Of a stretch of DNA of 64,000 bases, positions 61,212 to 64,000 are shown in pieces. The notes beneath the pieces were generated by a model. That model ran no database searches. It was not told the DNA's origin and saw only the letters and a program-made list of their open reading frames with translations. The DNA lies in the NCBI RefSeq assembly GCF_963853765.1, contig NC_088860.1:11284001-11348000 (forward strand), read 5' to 3'. Position numbers and translations under genes: made by a program. The DNA comes from Magallana gigas (taxonomy: Eukaryota). The stretch's first letter is position 1; every line of letters starts with the position of its first letter.

Positions 61212-61878
61212 TTAACTGCAGCAAATATTCACAGTGTGACAGACCACGTGATACGCATATGATGAAGTATATATCGTTTCGAGGGATTTTTTTCTAGCCT
61301 GATTAAATCCTTATATTTTAAATGGACTGAATGTTTACTTTAAGTTTGAGAAATGCTTGATCACAAAAGCAAAACATGGATAAGTCAATATGTGCGTTTA
61401 TTGAATAATATATAGACATAAAATAAAGATTCATATCATCTGATAATTTTACGTTCACTTATAAAAACTGAAAAATAGTTTTATGCATAAGCCGTATTAA
61501 GTAACGATTTTCAGTCTTTTTAAAATTTTATATATATCGCAAAGAATAAATATACATATACCTCCAAATTTTATTTCAAAATACCCCCCAAAAAAATTCA
61601 AACTGCACATTAATCATAAATATTACTGATATTAATGTGACGAATTACAACGCCAGCTTTATAAAAGGAATTCATTTAAATTCTAAGTATTTAATAGAGA
61701 GCATGATTAATAAAATATATGTAAAATTTTGGACATGTAAAAAAAATTTTAAACGTTTTTTTTTTTTGGTTAAATATTGTAAAATTTAAAAATTCTAAAC
61801 CGGTGAAAGTACATTGTATTCTAATTTTAATGTACGTTAGTCAACATTAATATCGGCAGATGTCCCATATAACCTTAA

Positions 61879-62680
61879 AGCTATACACGCTATAATTTGC
61901 GTCAATTTTGAATAAAGGGGAAAGTGTATGTGTTTGATTACTAATGAAAGTTACCTTTATGCTGTTAATTATAATGCTCAATTCGATCACGTAACAAATA
62001 TATCAAATATTAAACAATAAAAAATATTTATTTTCCTGCCAGGAAAGTAATGCCTCTTCGTGAATATCAATCTATCACGTGATATCGACAGCTAAATTTA
62101 GTCTATCATACCAAAACTGGTGAAGGGTCAACATCTTCATAATTGTGATAGTTTCACAAAGGAAAGGATATTTTCAGTAAAGCATAAATTTGTCCGATAT
62201 ACGAGTACAAACAAAAGAAAAAAATACAAGCCTGTGAGTAGATATGAATACTTCCTTTCAAAAAATGACGTAGACCTGTGTTTTTCCCCTATGTGCTATT
62301 TATAGATCCTATAAGTGTTAATGCAGAAGTAAGGATATCGTGAATGACAAACGTATTTTACTCATTATACATGTATGTATTTCAAATAAACAACTGTTAA
62401 GCATATCAACAATCAAGTTGGATATTTAATTAGGCAAACAATAACGACCACCTAGTTCTCCGCGGACATGCGCAGTGAGGTCGGTTTGCTCTTCCTTCAT
62501 CAATATTCATGAAAAGGTATATTTTCCTGGCAGGAAAACAAACAATTAAAAATCTATATCTTTGTAACTAGATGGAATTCACCATTGTAATTTACAGATT
62601 AAGGATAACTTTTATAAGTAGACAAACACATGCGTTTTCACTGTCATTCAAAATTGACGTAAGTTATAGCGTGTATAGCT
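61879..62680. mobile_element. Kolobok-like non-autonomous DNA transposon (802 bp)
   Basis: TTAA on both flanks (61875-61878, 62681-62684) and a ~35-bp TIR AGCTATACACGCTATAA..CGTCAATTTTGAAT. The AG...CT termini fit Kolobok better than piggyBac. Confidence 0.75.
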
Positions 62681-63431
62681 TTAACAATGATCTAGATTAT
62701 GGATAAAATGCTATGTTGCTAAATATGGAATTCTCTATATGTCATTTATATGTTTTCAAAAAGACCGGTATCTTGCAATACCCGCCCCGGCATACAATTT
62801 TACCCGTCAGGCTACTACACACCTCTGAAAAAAATCCGCATCAGCACATGTTGGACTTCATTCATATTATTGACGTAGATGAACGTCGTACAAAAAAAAA
62901 TAACTAAAGAGTCTCATCAAATATGAATATATAAAAAACAAATAAAAATCCACAACAAACAATACTGAAAACTCCAGAGGTACCTTTGGACACAGATTTG
63001 TTCATATTTGATATAAAACAACATTAAAACATATAGCTTAAAGAATTTAATTTATGCGAGTTTATGCTCTCATTTCATTTACTGCGCCAATCCAATTTTG
63101 TCTTAACGCCTAAATGTTAAAATTTGTCAATTTGAGAATACTTAAGAAAAAAAAAAACACAGATGAAAATTTTTTTTCAAAATCTTTGCGCTGAGAAATG
63201 TATTAAAGAACAACAAGTAAGGCAAAATGTAAAAGAACGCAGTGACTTTGTGAAGAAAAAACATATGTGATTATTAACATGATACCAGTATCATCGGTGC
63301 CACTAGCACCGTAAATGTGATCTACAAGAGTACCATACTACATATACTATTTAAACATTGTACTCGTATATCAATGTCTAAAATAAGGTCGTGGAAAAGA
63401 TAATGTAGGAAAAAGGTCATTTAATTTTGGA

Positions 63432-63681
63432 TTAAATTCTTTCATAATTAAGCAGATTTGCCTGCTCAGACCAAGCTGGATACCGGGCTCCGTCCATTTC
63501 TCCAGCAAACTGGTTATCATCCCGCAGCCGATGGCTCGACCCACCTATTGTAGCACTACATTCTGGACACTTACTCTCCACCGTAGCTCCTCCACAATCC
63601 CCTATCATATATACATGACCTGAAATAATAATCTTAAGTTAATAATCATTGTTCGAATTTTTTCTGCGTATTAAAAAATAA

Positions 63682-63739
<58 letters not shown>

Positions 63740-64000
63740 ACCATTTGGGCATTTAAACCAACGTCCTTTACTCTCTGGCATTGCTCTAACAATTTCAATT
63801 CTTTCTTCTTCGGATACACCAAGTCCACTTGCAGGGAAATTCTTTTCTAAAGCTGCTAACACATTCTTCAAGTATTCCTTTTCGTCATCATTCAACTTTT
63901 TCCCTTTAGTAAGCATATTTTCAACTTTCTTCAGGTTTTCAAATTTGGTAACAGTTTGAACGCCACGTGATTCAAGTCTGTCAATGCATACGATATAGCG
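63432..64000 (-). CDS. ZNFX1: NFX1-type zinc finger-containing protein 1, C-terminal RZ-finger region (partial; gene continues beyond the window)
   Basis: Exons 64000(partial)-63742 and 63619-63432. GLGVSEEERIEIVRAM..GRWFKCPNGHVYMIGDCGGATVESKCPECSATIGGSSHRL...EMDGARYPAWSE matches the ZNFX1 C-terminus. Confidence 0.88.
63686..63734. repeat. (CT)n microsatellite in the last ZNFX1 intron
   Basis: Reads (GA)n on the transcribed strand, starting 7 nt after the donor. Confidence 0.95.

Noticed and set aside
1-64000. tRNA, rRNA, snRNA or SECIS elements
   Set aside because: None were recognisable by eye; a covariance-model scan (tRNAscan-SE, Infernal/Rfam) would be needed to exclude them.

Overview
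AT-rich, intron-rich animal genomic DNA. The repeat families and gene set point to a bivalve, probably an oyster (Crassostrea/Magallana); this is inferred, not confirmed. I reconstructed seven spliced protein-coding genes by hand from splice sites and reading phase: CFAP300 (+, 7 exons, ~262 aa); LIPT2 (-, 2 coding exons, ~253 aa); ECT2 (+, 21 exons, ~873 aa, head-to-head with LIPT2); a DUF885-family protein with a signal peptide, a putative GPI tail and one GC-AG intron (+, 17 exons, ~621 aa); a short filamin-like protein with three CH domains and about 8 Ig repeats (-, 21 exons, ~1125 aa); a bacterial-type 3-hydroxybutyrate dehydrogenase-like SDR (-, 8 exons, ~262 aa); and the 3' end of ZNFX1 (-). 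Introns and intergenic DNA carry many non-autonomous DNA elements (Helentron/HINE-like, hAT-, Kolobok-, Tc1/mariner- and MULE-like MITEs, a foldback element, G/C-tract MITEs), a 437-bp satellite and a decayed non-LTR retrotransposon fragment. The most unusual items are a minisatellite amplified from an ECT2 exon/5'-splice-site junction (14 extra donor copies, split by a hAT MITE), the cell-surface DUF885 protein, and the three-CH mini-filamin. No database searches were run; family names come from motif recognition.
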